Shown here: positions 61,916 through 64,000 of the stretch, piece by piece
Position numbering within the stretch: the stretch's first letter is position 1
How the letters are laid out: the number at the start of each line of letters is the position of its first letter
Origin: Limisphaerales bacterium
GTDB taxonomy: Bacteria > Verrucomicrobiota > Verrucomicrobiia > Limisphaerales > JAJOIW01
Length of the DNA stretch: 64,000 nucleotides
Direction of reading: 5' to 3'
Assembly: GCA_965657355.1 (NCBI GenBank)
Contig: CBFHOE010000006.1
Location: 79,217 to 143,216 of the forward strand
Notes under the pieces: generated by a model
The model's database searches: none
What the model was told of the DNA's origin: nothing
What the model saw: the letters and a program-made list of their open reading frames with translations, nothing else
Position numbers and translations under genes: made by a program

Positions 61916-63223
61916 ATGGCTCGTCCTAATAATTTAACGCTTTGCAGCTTCTGCGGAAAATCTCACTCGGAGGTTCGAAAGATGATAGCAGGACCAGGTG
62001 TCTACATCTGCGATAACTGCGTTTTGGTTTGTAAAAGTGTTCTCGACAAAGAACTTTCCTCTGATTCCCAGAAAAAGTCTTTCAAAGTTAACCTTCTCAA
62101 GCCTTCGGATATCAAAGAGTCGTTAGATGAATACACCATTGGTCAAGGGCTCGCTAAAAAAGTGCTCTCCGTGGCTGTCTATAATCACTACAAAAGAATC
62201 AACGACAGAACCAATATACCCGAGGAAGGCGAAACCATTGCCAATCAAAATGAGCTACATCCAGATCCGCAAGACGAAGAAATCGAGATAGAAAAATCCA
62301 ATATCCTTCTGGTTGGCCCGACTGGTTCGGGAAAAACATTGTTGGCCCGAACACTTGCAAAACTACTGGATGTTCCTTTTGCAATAGCCGATGCGACTAC
62401 TCTCACTGAAGCTGGTTATGTTGGTGAAGATGTTGAAAATATTGTCCTTCGTTTACTCCAAAACGCCGATTATGATGTCAAAAAGGCTGAAATGGGGATT
62501 ATTTACATCGATGAAATCGATAAAATAGCCAGAAAAACAGAAAATGTCTCCATTACTCGGGATGTCTCAGGTGAAGGGGTTCAACAAGCTCTCCTCAAAA
62601 TTCTTGAGGGAACAGTCTGTAATGTCCCTCCCCAGGGTGGCCGTAAACACCCTCAACAAGAATATATTAAAGTCGACACCAGCAATGTTCTTTTTATTGT
62701 CGGTGGCGCCTTTGTTGGAATTGAAAAAATTATTCGTAGAAGACTAGGACATCAAGTTGTCGGATTCTCAGAAAATAATGACACCAAAATCAATGTCGGT
62801 GAAATGACAGATAGGGAAATCCTTAAGTTCCTGGAGCCAGAGGACTTGCACGTCTATGGCTTTATTCCAGAATTTATTGGGCGCCTCCCCATGTCGACAG
62901 TTCTCCACGAGCTAAACGAAGAAGAATTGGTGCAAGTCATGACAAATACGAAGAATTCATTAATCAAGCAATTTACTAAATTGCTTGATATGGAAAATGT
63001 GGAACTAGAATTTACAACAGGTGCGCTTCATGAACTTGCGAAGCAGGCTGTAGCAAAGCACACCGGAGCCCGTGCTCTTAGGGGTATGATGGAAAAACTT
63101 ATGTTAGACGTCATGTATGAAGTCCCCAACGATGAAAAACTCTCTTCAATCCAAATAACCAGCGAAGTGGTTCGAGGGGAAGCAAAACCAATTAAACACT
63201 TTAATAGGGCTGAAGCGGCTTAA
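61916..63223 (+). CDS. clpX: ATP-dependent Clp protease ATP-binding subunit
   Basis: CSFCGK zinc finger, [33 protein letters not shown]. Confidence 0.97.
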   Translation: MARPNNLTLCSFCGKSHSEVRKMIAGPGVYICDNCVLVCKSVLDKELSSDSQKKSFKVNLLKPSDIKESLDEYTIGQGLAKKVLSVAVYNHYKRINDRTNIPEEGETIANQNELHPDPQDEEIEIEKSNILLVGPTGSGKTLLARTLAKLLDVPFAIADATTLTEAGYVGEDVENIVLRLLQNADYDVKKAEMGIIYIDEIDKIARKTENVSITRDVSGEGVQQALLKILEGTVCNVPPQGGRKHPQQEYIKVDTSNVLFIVGGAFVGIEKIIRRRLGHQVVGFSENNDTKINVGEMTDREILKFLEPEDLHVYGFIPEFIGRLPMSTVLHELNEEELVQVMTNTKNSLIKQFTKLLDMENVELEFTTGALHELAKQAVAKHTGARALRGMMEKLMLDVMYEVPNDEKLSSIQITSEVVRGEAKPIKHFNRAEAA

Positions 63224-63276
63224 TCTTTTTAATACGCATAAACTGCAGATCCCGAGGAATTAAATTGATCACTAGT

Positions 63277-63304
63277 AAAGACCGGAGGACATCCGGTCTT
63301 TTTT
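63277..63304 (+). terminator. Intrinsic terminator of clpPX
   Basis: AAAGACCGGA-GGACA-TCCGGTCTTTTTT. Confidence 0.85.
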
Positions 63305-63417
63305 GTCTCAAAGGGTGTTTGGTTTGAGAAATGAACGGTTCATAATATTTATTTGTTGCTTTAAAAGGCTTTCAAAAATTAAACATAGGAAAAGAATAGA
63401 CAGGATATTTCGAAATA

Positions 63418-64000
63418 ATGACATCCGAAAAAACAACGAACTCTGAGAAATGGGTCTCAGAGCAGCTGAACAAAATTCCCCGTTCGGGAATCCGAGATTT
63501 TTTTGAACTTGTTCAAGGGCGAGCAGATGTCATTTCTCTAGGAGTAGGAGAGCCCGATTTCAGCACTCCTTGGCATATACGTGAGGCGGCAATCTATTCC
63601 TTAGACAAAGGGCACACCAGCTATACCTCAAATTTAGGTATGCCTGAATTGAGAAAGGAGATCAACAGATATGTAGAGGAAACGTTCCAATTATCTTACA
63701 ATCCTGAATCTCAGATTTTGGTGACAGTCGGGGTCAGTGAAGCATTGGATTTGGCAATGAGAGCCGTACTGAATCCCGGGGATGAAGTCATTTACCATGA
63801 ACCTTGCTACGTTAGCTACAGCCCAAGTGTCATCATGGCACACGGAAAACCGATACCGGTTTCTTGTCGGGCTGAAGATAATTTCTCAGTTAAGCCGGAA
63901 GCAATCGAAGATGCCATTACTTCAAAATCCAAAGTTTTATTATTAAATTTCCCCACCAATCCCACAGGGGGTACTATGGATAGACATCAATTGGAGGCCA
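63418..64000 (+). CDS. Class I/II PLP-dependent aminotransferase, N-terminal part; runs off the window and is absent from the ORF track
   Basis: MTSEK...SGIRDFF..VISLGVGEPDF.TPWHIREAA..YTSNLG..LR..NFPTNPTG. Confidence 0.9.
   Translation, partial: MTSEKTTNSEKWVSEQLNKIPRSGIRDFFELVQGRADVISLGVGEPDFSTPWHIREAAIYSLDKGHTSYTSNLGMPELRKEINRYVEETFQLSYNPESQILVTVGVSEALDLAMRAVLNPGDEVIYHEPCYVSYSPSVIMAHGKPIPVSCRAEDNFSVKPEAIEDAITSKSKVLLLNFPTNPTGGTMDRHQLEA

Overview
Bacterial chromosomal segment, AT-rich, most likely from a PVC-group organism. Verrucomicrobiota is inferred from an H-X9-DG-type prepilin-like gene, a planctomycete-type cytochrome c, a sulfatase and large secreted proteins ending in a Y-x-I-x-x-S-x-DL-x-x-W...F(Y/F)R motif. 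Housekeeping genes: tyrA-aroA-cmk-plsC, recD2, typA, a DEAD-box helicase, eno, clpP-clpX and tRNA-Pro(TGG). Accessory content: three very large modular secreted proteins, a luxE/luxC-like pair without luciferase, eboE-eboC, a flagellar late-gene block (fliD, lipoprotein, flgM-like, fliS, fliT/flgN-like) and an uncharacterised sugar-catabolism trio. A small tyrosine-recombinase island (~51.7-54.2 kb) carries a dyad recombination site, abuts a truncated MBOAT/AlgI gene and holds a putative orphan toxin-tip/immunity pair. Two genes are split by single-base homopolymer frameshifts. Best novelty candidates: a shared C-terminal sorting-like domain on four unrelated secreted proteins, a 2287-aa two-catalytic-module glycan enzyme, the recombinase site architecture and a translationally coupled RecD2 + PD-(D/E)XK nuclease pair. 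All family assignments come from motif recognition by eye; no searches were run.
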